This document shows, one piece after another, positions 49,938-58,609 of a DNA stretch of 64,000 nucleotides; position 1 is the first letter of the stretch, and every line of letters starts with the position of its first letter. Source of the DNA: Spirochaetia bacterium (GTDB taxonomy: Bacteria > Spirochaetota > Spirochaetia > DSM-2461); contig CAXXIA010000001.1 in assembly GCA_963666985.2 (NCBI GenBank), forward strand, positions 928,001 through 992,000, written 5' to 3'. The translations under genes and the position numbers were made by a program. Under the pieces are notes generated by a model that saw only the letters and a program-made list of their open reading frames with translations, was not told where the DNA came from and made no database searches.

Positions 49938-49945
49938 TCCTGTAT

Positions 49946-51442
49946 ATGATCCTTTCATCCAAACCTGCGGCGGCTTTATTCGTTCTAATCGCTTCAATCC
50001 TCTTTGTTTCCTGCGGTAAAAATGATTCAACCGCCGCACCCGCGAACGGCGGCATTCTTACACCTCATACGGAAGCCGAGAGTTCCGCCAACGGCGGACC
50101 GATGACCTCCGGAGGCTTTGACGATTCCGTTCTTCCGCTTGTTAATCCGGGTGAAAATTACAATATCCTCGGACTTCTTGATGTGAACCTCAATATGGAT
50201 ACATCCGACGAACAGGTTCTTATCACTCTTCCGCTGGATGATGAGTCGGCTCCGCTCAGACTTATGATTGCGACAACGAATCCCATCAGGAACCAGTACG
50301 ACATTGTGTGGGACACGCCCTTGTCGCTGCGCTCACTGCGCGGTTTGACTCTCAGAGCCAACGACGTTACCGGTAACGGGCGGATGGACATCATCATTAC
50401 CGGTTTCGACGACGAAGGTCGTCATTCGACGGAAGTCTTCGGGGTTCCGACCAAAGGCGAAATTACTGATTATAGAAGAATCTTCGGTCAGCTTGTCGAA
50501 GGAAACATCGATATCATTTCGACCGAACGCACCTCTCAATACTGGAGCGGGATAACTTCGGGCGATCCGTTTGACATTGTCGTTCAAATGAAAGATCCCG
50601 ATTCGGATAATCCGATGGATATCGTGGAAAATCTCTGGAAATGGGACTCCCGCTCTTTTGCTTATCGGCAGCGATCTTCCAGCAAAATCAGGGCCGAAAC
50701 GCTTTTGGAGGCACGAATAGCCCATGTGTATTCCGGAGGAGTCAACGTTTTTGAGGAATATCTTGAAGGTGCCTGGTACAGAGAAAGCGGTGACGGTACG
50801 GATATCAATATGATCTTTTTCGATCGAAAATCGCGTGAAATGGTTTTTTATGACGGTTCCGTTCAAGAAGTCTATAGCTGGGGGGTTAGCAATCGGGCAA
50901 CGGCCCAAAGACTTTATACCAATATGATTAACGCCGTTATTCCCAGCCTCAGCGACAGGCTGATCATTATCGCCGACTCCTGGGATACCATCAGGATACG
51001 CTGGAGTGCTTCGGAAGAAGACTACACCACATACCGAAGATTCGGAGAGGCCCTTCAATCCGTACTCGGAGAAGGATCGTCCATATCGTCACTCGGTGTC
51101 GATATGGGCTTAACCGGCGTATGGGAAAGCCCCGAAGGTTCCGAAATAATTTTTGATCTGCCCAAAATCGAATGGGAAGAAGACGGTAAAATCCGCTCGG
51201 GGACCGCATCGATCTTTGTATTGGACGGCGTTTCGGTGCTTCAAGTTCAATTTATGAAGAAAAACGGCGCTCTGGAAGAAACGGTGAATTGGGTTGTTGA
51301 ATATGAAGAAGATCGAGACGAAACCAAAGTCATCCGTTCCCTTTCCCTTACTCCGGCGTTTTTGAATGTCGACGGTGTTGTTACCGGAGATGATGCATGG
51401 AGAAGATTCGAACAGATTGAGATTCTATCGGCCGGGGACTGA
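49946..51442 (+). CDS. Lipoprotein, pallilysin-related adhesin-like (Tp0751-related)
   Basis: Lipobox FVSC and a low-complexity linker, then NLNMDTSDEQV..DVTGNGRMDIIITG beta-rich domains. Family recognised from memory only. Confidence 0.55.
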   Translation: MILSSKPAAALFVLIASILFVSCGKNDSTAAPANGGILTPHTEAESSANGGPMTSGGFDDSVLPLVNPGENYNILGLLDVNLNMDTSDEQVLITLPLDDESAPLRLMIATTNPIRNQYDIVWDTPLSLRSLRGLTLRANDVTGNGRMDIIITGFDDEGRHSTEVFGVPTKGEITDYRRIFGQLVEGNIDIISTERTSQYWSGITSGDPFDIVVQMKDPDSDNPMDIVENLWKWDSRSFAYRQRSSSKIRAETLLEARIAHVYSGGVNVFEEYLEGAWYRESGDGTDINMIFFDRKSREMVFYDGSVQEVYSWGVSNRATAQRLYTNMINAVIPSLSDRLIIIADSWDTIRIRWSASEEDYTTYRRFGEALQSVLGEGSSISSLGVDMGLTGVWESPEGSEIIFDLPKIEWEEDGKIRSGTASIFVLDGVSVLQVQFMKKNGALEETVNWVVEYEEDRDETKVIRSLSLTPAFLNVDGVVTGDDAWRRFEQIEILSAGD

Positions 51443-52399
51443 ATTGAGATATCCGTCGGCCGCAAGGCGAGAAATCGTGTTCCCGTCCGGATCATTCACA
51501 AAAACTTTCCAAAAACTTCCCGAATCCTCAATCCAGGATATATATCCGTCGTTTTCAAGCCGTTCTCTTAAATCGGAAGCTCCGTCTCTGTTTCGAAAGG
51601 CTCCGATTTGAAGCGGTCCGCCCGGAATCTCGCTTCGTTCTCTTAAAAGCGCCGCCGGCGAGACCCATGAGAGAATCCGTCTTTCGGCGAGATAGAGTGC
51701 CGCCGAGTTTTCAAAATGCCGGCGAAGGAGCGAAGAGGCTTCCTCCGCTTCGGAACGATTCCCGAGTGCCAAAGCGATTTCGCGGACGGCAAGATACGGC
51801 AGCGGTGATTGGGGAATCCCGTTTTTAACGTACGCTTTTATCTCATCCAAAGCGGCTTCGGGCCGGCCGCGTGAGGCCAAGGCCATTGCGGCGAGAGCCG
51901 CCGCCTCATCTTGGATTGGACCATTTAAGTCTTTTTTCAGCAGCTGCAGCGCCGTTGCCCGGGCTCTGCCGGTTTCGCCCATGGAAAGCCTGAGATTCGC
52001 CGCTTCAAGCAGTAAATGATTCGCTTTTTGAGCATCGAGTGCCGATGCCTCTTCGTAATGCTCGGCGGCGGCGTCGGGAAGCCCCAGGAGCGCTTCCAAA
52101 TCGGCCATGCGGATATAAACATCCGCGGCGTTCACTTTGGGGAGCAATGCCGCATGGGAGGAAAGAAATGCCAATGCTTCAAGTGATTTTTCATGAAGAG
52201 ACGCGGCATGAATGAGTGTTGAAGAGGTTTCGGGATGTTCCGTATTGGCCAAAATCCACTTGTCGTAGGAAGCAATTGCGGCCGTTCGGTTCCCCTGCGC
52301 TTCAAAAGCAAGGGCCTCATCTCTTTCATCCGCCGGACAGCCGACGGTGATGATTAGGGCCATCAGCAATGCCGCGGCGGTTCCGGCGCCTTTATTCAC
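51425..52399 (-). CDS. TPR-like lipoprotein with a C-terminal SPOR domain
   Basis: Lipobox-like TVGC, helical repeats, LQIGAFRNRDGA..L...GY..WKVFV. Confidence 0.8.
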   Translation of the reverse strand: MNKGAGTAAALLMALIITVGCPADERDEALAFEAQGNRTAAIASYDKWILANTEHPETSSTLIHAASLHEKSLEALAFLSSHAALLPKVNAADVYIRMADLEALLGLPDAAAEHYEEASALDAQKANHLLLEAANLRLSMGETGRARATALQLLKKDLNGPIQDEAAALAAMALASRGRPEAALDEIKAYVKNGIPQSPLPYLAVREIALALGNRSEAEEASSLLRRHFENSAALYLAERRILSWVSPAALLRERSEIPGGPLQIGAFRNRDGASDLRERLENDGYISWIEDSGSFWKVFVNDPDGNTISRLAADGYLNSVPGR

Positions 52400-52775
52400 T
52401 TCCCGGGGATTGCTCGTCGTCCGCTTTGGAACCGATTCGGCCTTCGCTGTCTTTCCGATTCGGTTCTTTATCTTTTTTTAAACCCATAACACGTTTTTTC
52501 TTCTGTTGGGGACTTTTCATCTCCGATTCGGATTCTTCGGCCGTTTTCCGGGCGATTTGTTTCTTCTTTCGATTTCGCCATCTGACGACAAAAGGAACCG
52601 CGGATAGAACACCGATGAGATACATCACGAAGAAACTGACGAATATCGGAACATCCTTCAGCAGTCCTTTTTCTCCGAACCAGATTCTGATGTCCGAATT
52701 ATTTTCGATGTTGAGTCCGATAAACGTAACGATGACCAAGAGCGTCAAAATAAAAACAATCAGTCTCGCGGGCAT
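52392..52775 (-). CDS. Small two-TM protein, LapA-domain-like
   Basis: TM-N..N..DI.IWF..VPIF-TM followed by a basic tail. Start at 52775 after GGAGG. Confidence 0.7.
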   Translation of the reverse strand: MPARLIVFILTLLVIVTFIGLNIENNSDIRIWFGEKGLLKDVPIFVSFFVMYLIGVLSAVPFVVRWRNRKKKQIARKTAEESESEMKSPQQKKKRVMGLKKDKEPNRKDSEGRIGSKADDEQSPGSE

Positions 52776-52814
52776 ATGCATCCTCCCGGGGAATACATTT
52801 ATTCTAGCGTGTGA

Positions 52815-53699
52815 TTAGGAATCCTGAAAGCGGCTTGCCGATTCCACGGTATTCCATAAAAGCATGGCGCGCGTTAAAGGACCGACGCCGCCCGGTACCG
52901 GAGTTATCGCCGATGCGACGTCCTTTACCGTATCGAAGTCCACATCGCCGACAAGACGGTAACCTCTTGGACGGGCCGGGTCCTCAAGGCGGTTCACTCC
53001 CACATCAATAACGACGGCTCCTTCCTTCACCATATCCGCGGTAATGGTTCCCGCTCGTCCCGCCGCGGCAATAACGATGTCCGCCCGCCGTACTTTTTCC
53101 GCGAGATTCCGCGTTTTTGTGTGGCAGACCGTTACGGTCGCGTTCCCTCCGGGAGCTTTTCGGAACAAGAGGTTGGCAAGAGGTGCCCCGACGATACGGC
53201 TTCGTCCCACGATAACGATATCCGCACCTTCGGTGGGAATGTTTTCCGCTTCAAGTATTTTGATAACCCCATGCGGAGTACAGGGCAGAAATCCGTCGAC
53301 ATTCAAAACAAGCCGGCCGATGCTCACCGGATGAAAACCGTCGACATCCTTATCCGGTGAGATTGCCGAAATAACACGTTCTTCATCAAACGAATCGGGA
53401 AGCGGTAATTGAACCAGAATGCCGTGGATTTCAGAATCCGCATTCAGTTCATCGATAAGATGGAGAAGTTCCTCCTGACCGGTCTCGGCAGGAAGCCTGA
53501 TATCCCTTGAATAGATTCCGACTTTCTCGCAATCCCGTTCTTTTGCGGTTACATAAGAAATACTGGCCGCGTTATCTCCGACCAAGACAACGGCCAAACC
53601 GGGTTTGATGCCTCGGGCGGCCAATTCTTCAACCTGTTCCTTCAATTCATCACGGATATCCGCCGCGATTGCTTTTCCGTCAATAATTTTCGCGCTCAT
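52815..53699 (-). CDS. folD: Methylenetetrahydrofolate dehydrogenase/cyclohydrolase
   Basis: IIDGK, GILVQLPLP, KDVDGFHP, PCTPHG, TPVPGGVGP. Start MSAK at 53699. Confidence 0.97.
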   Translation of the reverse strand: MSAKIIDGKAIAADIRDELKEQVEELAARGIKPGLAVVLVGDNAASISYVTAKERDCEKVGIYSRDIRLPAETGQEELLHLIDELNADSEIHGILVQLPLPDSFDEERVISAISPDKDVDGFHPVSIGRLVLNVDGFLPCTPHGVIKILEAENIPTEGADIVIVGRSRIVGAPLANLLFRKAPGGNATVTVCHTKTRNLAEKVRRADIVIAAAGRAGTITADMVKEGAVVIDVGVNRLEDPARPRGYRLVGDVDFDTVKDVASAITPVPGGVGPLTRAMLLWNTVESASRFQDS

Positions 53700-53798
53700 G
53701 TTACATGACAATACTGAAATGCTGGATGGTTGTGAATATATTGATGATGATCTTCGGCGCATGGTAGGATTCGATACATTTCACGAAGAGGATTACAT

Positions 53799-54446
53799 TT
53801 GCCTAGGAAATTCCCTCTCATCGCCATTTCATTATTCTGCATCATAATCGGATTTCTCGGAGCTCAAGAAGAGACTCCCGAGGACAGCCCGTTTACCCCG
53901 CAAATGGCGACCAACAAACGCTCTCTCGGAGATCAGACTTTCTCCATTTCAATCGGGCCCATTATTCCCCTAAAAACGATTCTTATCGGTGACTGGTCCG
54001 ATTACGGAGTGAGTGCCGGCCCGACACAGAATAATCTGACATGGGCCGGAGGCGCGGGACAGCTGGCTTACAGCTTCTATCTGACTCCGGATATAAAGCT
54101 CGGTCTTCAAGTGGGCGGAAGTTTCACTTCCGATATCAACTCAGATATCCTTTATATGATTCCGATCGCGGTGAGAGGAAGCTACGAATTCCATCTATTG
54201 AATCGCTTTACCATTCCCCTGCACCTTTCGCTCGGCATCTGCATGTCATCCTGGAAAGAAGACAATTTTCATGTGGATCCTCTTATCCGACCGGGCCTCG
54301 GGTTTTATTTCGACTGGAACTATGAATGGTCTTTCGGATGCGACGTGAGCTATTTCTTTATACCGCAGTTCGACAGCGATCCTGATCATCATAACGCCAT
54401 CGGGAACTTCCTCGATGTTATGCTGACCGCGGAGTATCATTTCTGA
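53799..54446 (+). CDS. TP0733-family (OmpW-like) outer-membrane beta-barrel
   Basis: Signal peptide, GDQ motif, amphipathic strands, C-terminal AEYHF. Divergent from folD, as I recall for T. pallidum TP0732/TP0733. Confidence 0.8.
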   Translation: MPRKFPLIAISLFCIIIGFLGAQEETPEDSPFTPQMATNKRSLGDQTFSISIGPIIPLKTILIGDWSDYGVSAGPTQNNLTWAGGAGQLAYSFYLTPDIKLGLQVGGSFTSDINSDILYMIPIAVRGSYEFHLLNRFTIPLHLSLGICMSSWKEDNFHVDPLIRPGLGFYFDWNYEWSFGCDVSYFFIPQFDSDPDHHNAIGNFLDVMLTAEYHF

Positions 54447-55687
54447 TGAATACCATAACCAAGATTTGTAGGATTCTCGTTCCGACTCTTCTCGTCTTCA
54501 TATTATCGGCCTGTAAAGGCGTCGGTATTTTTTCCACTCTTGCCATAACCGAAAAAGTCGACGACGGAGCTCTTCCCGAAGGAATCTCCTCGGAAGACGG
54601 AGTTCTTTATGCCGCATCATGGACCGGCTCCACCGATTGGGCTTATTTTTCCACCGGTCCCGGTTTGTGGGTGAAAGATATTACCGACAGGTCCAATTCC
54701 TGGAGCAAGGTGTCTCTGCCCGCAGGTTATTCGACGATTCAGTCCATCGCGGCGTCCGACACGCTGGCGGATAACGCCATTCTTTTTTCCGCCGTCGGAG
54801 AAGACGGAAGCGGCGATCGAATCGTTTCTCTTTTTTACATCGATTCGATTGACTCGGGCACCGGTGCTCCGACGTATTCTTCACCGATTATTACATGGAC
54901 CACCACCGACGATACCTACCACAACGCCAAGGTTTTTTGGGACGGCAGTGCGTCTTTCTACATCAATCTTCTCATCTTCGACGGCGAATACCGCGACGAT
55001 GATTCGGAACTCTCGGCGTCGGAACTTTACAGTACTTCGAATCCCTCCGGCGGTATTGGCAGCGATTTAGGCTTCACGACGATGAATACCTCTTCGAATT
55101 TCCGCTATCTCTCCGGCGTCGCCAACGGCGGAAGCGGAACGTTCTTCACGGTTATAGACGAGGACGGCGAAAACGGACTGCTCCTTAATTCATCAGGTAC
55201 GGATGTCGGCATTACAACAAAACCGGTTACGGGGATTACCTGGCTTGATGACGCCGGAGCCTATATCATGGGCGTCGACTGTATTACCGGAGCCAACGGT
55301 GCCGTCTTCGTCAGTAGTGATGGGTCAACGTGGCACTCAGTGGAAGATAATGATGACGATGATTCCTATATCAGCTTTGTCGATGTTTCCGGCGTTTCCG
55401 GAAGCAGCTGGGTTCTCGCCGGCCGTGATATCTGCGGAGAAGACGGCGGTTATGAAGAAATTAATGTTTCCGGTGACATTGCGGACTGGTATATCACCAA
55501 CGATTATGATTTCGCGGATTATTCAAACTACACCAGTACGGACATGCCCGATGTTTCGGTAACGGATTTCACGATTATTGACCTTTCCGGGAGCGGTGGG
55601 GATATCACCCTGTATGCGTCCACGAGGTTCGAAGGAATCTTCAGTCTCGATATCGGTTCCATCGATAACGACTGGGAAGAAGAATAA
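54446..55687 (+). CDS. Very acidic beta-rich lipoprotein
   Basis: Lipobox LSAC followed by GIF..L..E; D/S/G-rich; Asp-box-like VSSDGSTW. 1-nt TGATG overlap with the barrel gene. Confidence 0.8.
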   Translation: MNTITKICRILVPTLLVFILSACKGVGIFSTLAITEKVDDGALPEGISSEDGVLYAASWTGSTDWAYFSTGPGLWVKDITDRSNSWSKVSLPAGYSTIQSIAASDTLADNAILFSAVGEDGSGDRIVSLFYIDSIDSGTGAPTYSSPIITWTTTDDTYHNAKVFWDGSASFYINLLIFDGEYRDDDSELSASELYSTSNPSGGIGSDLGFTTMNTSSNFRYLSGVANGGSGTFFTVIDEDGENGLLLNSSGTDVGITTKPVTGITWLDDAGAYIMGVDCITGANGAVFVSSDGSTWHSVEDNDDDDSYISFVDVSGVSGSSWVLAGRDICGEDGGYEEINVSGDIADWYITNDYDFADYSNYTSTDMPDVSVTDFTIIDLSGSGGDITLYASTRFEGIFSLDIGSIDNDWEEE

Positions 55688-55746
55688 GCGAACACGAAAA
55701 TTGCGGATTATCGGCGTTCGCATCCGAAGCCGGAATGAACGCCCTT

Positions 55747-56355
55747 TTATTCACGCTTCTTTTTAATCAGATCGAAGACTTCGGCCAATTCGGGGTCCGT
55801 TGAGATATACTTTTCCCGGATTTCCTCGTCCGTAAGACCTTCCAGTTCATGGCTCATGTAATGAATCCAAACGTCGTCCTCGGGTTTCTCAACAACCATT
55901 TTCCGCCACCAGTAGTCCGGCGTAATGGGAAGCTGTTTTTTAAACGGAGCAACCTTGTAATCATGCACCGCGATTTTGATATCCTCCCTGGGAACTCCTT
56001 TTTCAATGATGCATTCAACCAAGTGGTTCAGAGTTCTTCCGCTGTCGAAAATATCATCGGCGAAGAGTATCTTATCACCGCTGCGGAGGTATTCCGGATT
56101 ATAGGTCCAGCCGTCTATTCTGATTCGGCCGCTTTCATGAATATCCGTATAAGATCTGGCCACCACCGCAGCATAGAATACGGGACGATTTTTTCTGTTC
56201 ACCAGTTTAAAGAATTCACTGAAGATATTGCCCATATAGGCGCCGCCCCGCAAAGGCACGTAAATCACATCGGGAATAAATCCGTCGTCATAAATGCGTT
56301 TTGCAAGTTTTAAGGCATGATTGCGAACACTTTCGTAAGGGATAAATTCCTTCAC
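55747..56355 (-). CDS. Type I phosphoribosyltransferase
   Basis: PLRGG and the PRPP-binding motif ILFADDIFDSGRT. Confidence 0.9.
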   Translation of the reverse strand: MKEFIPYESVRNHALKLAKRIYDDGFIPDVIYVPLRGGAYMGNIFSEFFKLVNRKNRPVFYAAVVARSYTDIHESGRIRIDGWTYNPEYLRSGDKILFADDIFDSGRTLNHLVECIIEKGVPREDIKIAVHDYKVAPFKKQLPITPDYWWRKMVVEKPEDDVWIHYMSHELEGLTDEEIREKYISTDPELAEVFDLIKKKRE

Positions 56356-57854
56356 GGCCGTATCTCCGTTTCACTTGTTTTCTCGAGATTCAAGATTTCC
56401 CCTTCCCTCCAGACTTTGTATGCGGGGATTCCCCTCGTGTTTCCCGCCAGCAGCCGATACAAATCCGCCAGATTGGAAATATTCACGCCGTCTACGGCCA
56501 TGATGATATCGCCGGGACGAAGGTCCACCGAATGCGCGGGTGTCCGTGGATAAACTTCGGCGACGGGGAGCCCTTCCAGGTTTTCAGGGAAACCCATCAT
56601 GTCTCTGAGTTCTTCGGTCATCGGTGCGGCAACGAAGCCGGGAACGGCGTTTCCATGGAGCGCCTTGACGGAATCTTCATCGGCGCGTTCACCGATCACC
56701 ACCTTAACGGTCAGTTTCCGGCCCAATCTGTTAACAAGAAATTCGGCGGTTTCACCCGGCGCTTTATCTCCCACGCGATAGACAAGTTTCTCATCATCCG
56801 AAATCGCCGATCCGTCGAGTGCCAGAATCAAATCGCCGGGAAGCAGCCCCGCTTTCTCCGCCGGAGAACCGGTGAAAACCTGATAGATCAGCACGCCCCC
56901 GCCGGGAGGATAGCCGAGTGATTCGGCGCTTTCCGGACTGTAGTCGCCAAGGCTAACCCCGAGCCACCCGTAACGGACTTCTCCCGTTTCCACCAGCTGT
57001 TTTAAGGTTGATTTAATGTTATTAACGGGAATCGCGAATCCAAGTCCGATGCTTCCGCCGTTGGGAGTTGTAATAAACGTGTTTATCCCGACAAGCTCTC
57101 CCCTGATATTCACAAGGGCGCCGCCGGAATTCCCCTGATTGATGGAAGCGTCGGTTTGAATAAAATCGTTGATATTATCACCCGGACCGTCATGACGCCC
57201 CAGTGCGCTGACAATACCGGAACTGACGGACTGCTCGTATCCGTATGGACTTCCGAACGCAAGAACCCAATCCCCGACATAAAGCTTGTCCGAATCGCCG
57301 AGTTTCACGGGATAAAGATCCTTTTCGGACTTAAAAGTCAGTACCGCCAGATCTTTCCTGAGATCTTTTCCGACAAGTTCGGCTTCCAGCGTTTCACCGT
57401 CCGCCAACAGGACGGAAATATCATGGGCATTGCCGACCACATGACCGTTTGTTACGATATAGTAAACATCGCCTTTTCTTTCGACGATAACGCCCGAACC
57501 CAATCCGTTGCTTCTGTAGAAGCGGGGTCCTTCGGACTCCTCGGACGGATCCTGAAAAAAATCGTCCCAAGGAACTTCCGCATCGGGGTTTTCTCCCAAA
57601 ACGCTTTGAGCTTCAACGCTGACTTCAACAATCGAAGGGAGAACTTCCGCGCTGATCGCCCTAAAAGCCTCTTGTACTTGAACGGCCGCGGCATAACGGT
57701 CTTCTTGAATCTCGGCGGCTTTGGCGCGCGCGGCCGGATTCAATTTATGCGGCGAGTCGGTCAGCCAGGCGAGAGTGGAAAAAAGTCCGTATCCGACAAG
57801 TAAACCGATGAGTATCGAGAAAGGAAGACCAAATCGCTTATCGGTTTTTTTCAT
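56352..57854 (-). CDS. htrA: HtrA/DegP serine protease with two PDZ domains
   Basis: GSGVIV, TNGHV, DLAVL, QTDASINQGNSGG, GIN, GLGFAIP, two PDZ domains. Confidence 0.95.
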   Translation of the reverse strand: MKKTDKRFGLPFSILIGLLVGYGLFSTLAWLTDSPHKLNPAARAKAAEIQEDRYAAAVQVQEAFRAISAEVLPSIVEVSVEAQSVLGENPDAEVPWDDFFQDPSEESEGPRFYRSNGLGSGVIVERKGDVYYIVTNGHVVGNAHDISVLLADGETLEAELVGKDLRKDLAVLTFKSEKDLYPVKLGDSDKLYVGDWVLAFGSPYGYEQSVSSGIVSALGRHDGPGDNINDFIQTDASINQGNSGGALVNIRGELVGINTFITTPNGGSIGLGFAIPVNNIKSTLKQLVETGEVRYGWLGVSLGDYSPESAESLGYPPGGGVLIYQVFTGSPAEKAGLLPGDLILALDGSAISDDEKLVYRVGDKAPGETAEFLVNRLGRKLTVKVVIGERADEDSVKALHGNAVPGFVAAPMTEELRDMMGFPENLEGLPVAEVYPRTPAHSVDLRPGDIIMAVDGVNISNLADLYRLLAGNTRGIPAYKVWREGEILNLEKTSETEIRP

Positions 57855-58609
57855 TCATCCTCCCAAAAGGTCAGAACATCCGCGCCGTTGTCCGTAATCA
57901 ATACGGTATGTTCAAAATGGGCGCTGAAGGAACCGTCGGCCGTTACGACGGTCCAGCCGTCGCTCAGAACCTCAACATCCGGAACTCCCGCATTCACCAT
58001 CGGCTCGATCGCCAGGACCATGCCGGGCTTCATCCTCGGATTGGAACCTCGGGAAGGATAATAATTTGGAATCTGCGGATCTTCGTGAAGAGCGACTCCG
58101 ACACCATGACCGCAGTAGCTGTAGACAATGCCGAAACCGTGCGGCCTGACCGTATCGGTCACGGCTTTGCCGATGTCTTTTATCCGTGCACCGGGTCCGC
58201 ATGCCGCGATTGCGGCAAAAAGAGACGACTTGGTTACATCCAGTAACGTACGGTTTTTTGAATCGATCCGACCGACGGGAAAAGTTTTGCAGGCATCGCT
58301 GTAATACCCGTCCAGAATCACGCCGATGTCACATCCGACGATATCACCTTCCTTAAGGCGTTCATCGTTCGGTATTCCGTGAATAACCCTGTCGTTTACG
58401 GATGTGCAAACGGATGCGGGAAAACCGGCATAGCCGAGAAACGCCGGAACGCCGCCCGCGTTCCGAATCGTTTCCTCCACTATACGGTCAATATCTTTTG
58501 TCGTAACACCCGGCCGAATGCTGTCGCCGATTCTACAAAAAACTCTTCCCAGCAATTCCGATGATTTTCGAATCCCCTTCTGCTGCTTCTCGTTTTTGAT
58601 TGTAATCAT
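57851..58609 (-). CDS. map: Methionine aminopeptidase, type I
   Basis: CTSVN..IHGIP, DIG..D, GHGVG..HEDP, IEPM, SAHFEHT. Confidence 0.97.
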   Translation of the reverse strand: MITIKNEKQQKGIRKSSELLGRVFCRIGDSIRPGVTTKDIDRIVEETIRNAGGVPAFLGYAGFPASVCTSVNDRVIHGIPNDERLKEGDIVGCDIGVILDGYYSDACKTFPVGRIDSKNRTLLDVTKSSLFAAIAACGPGARIKDIGKAVTDTVRPHGFGIVYSYCGHGVGVALHEDPQIPNYYPSRGSNPRMKPGMVLAIEPMVNAGVPDVEVLSDGWTVVTADGSFSAHFEHTVLITDNGADVLTFWEDE

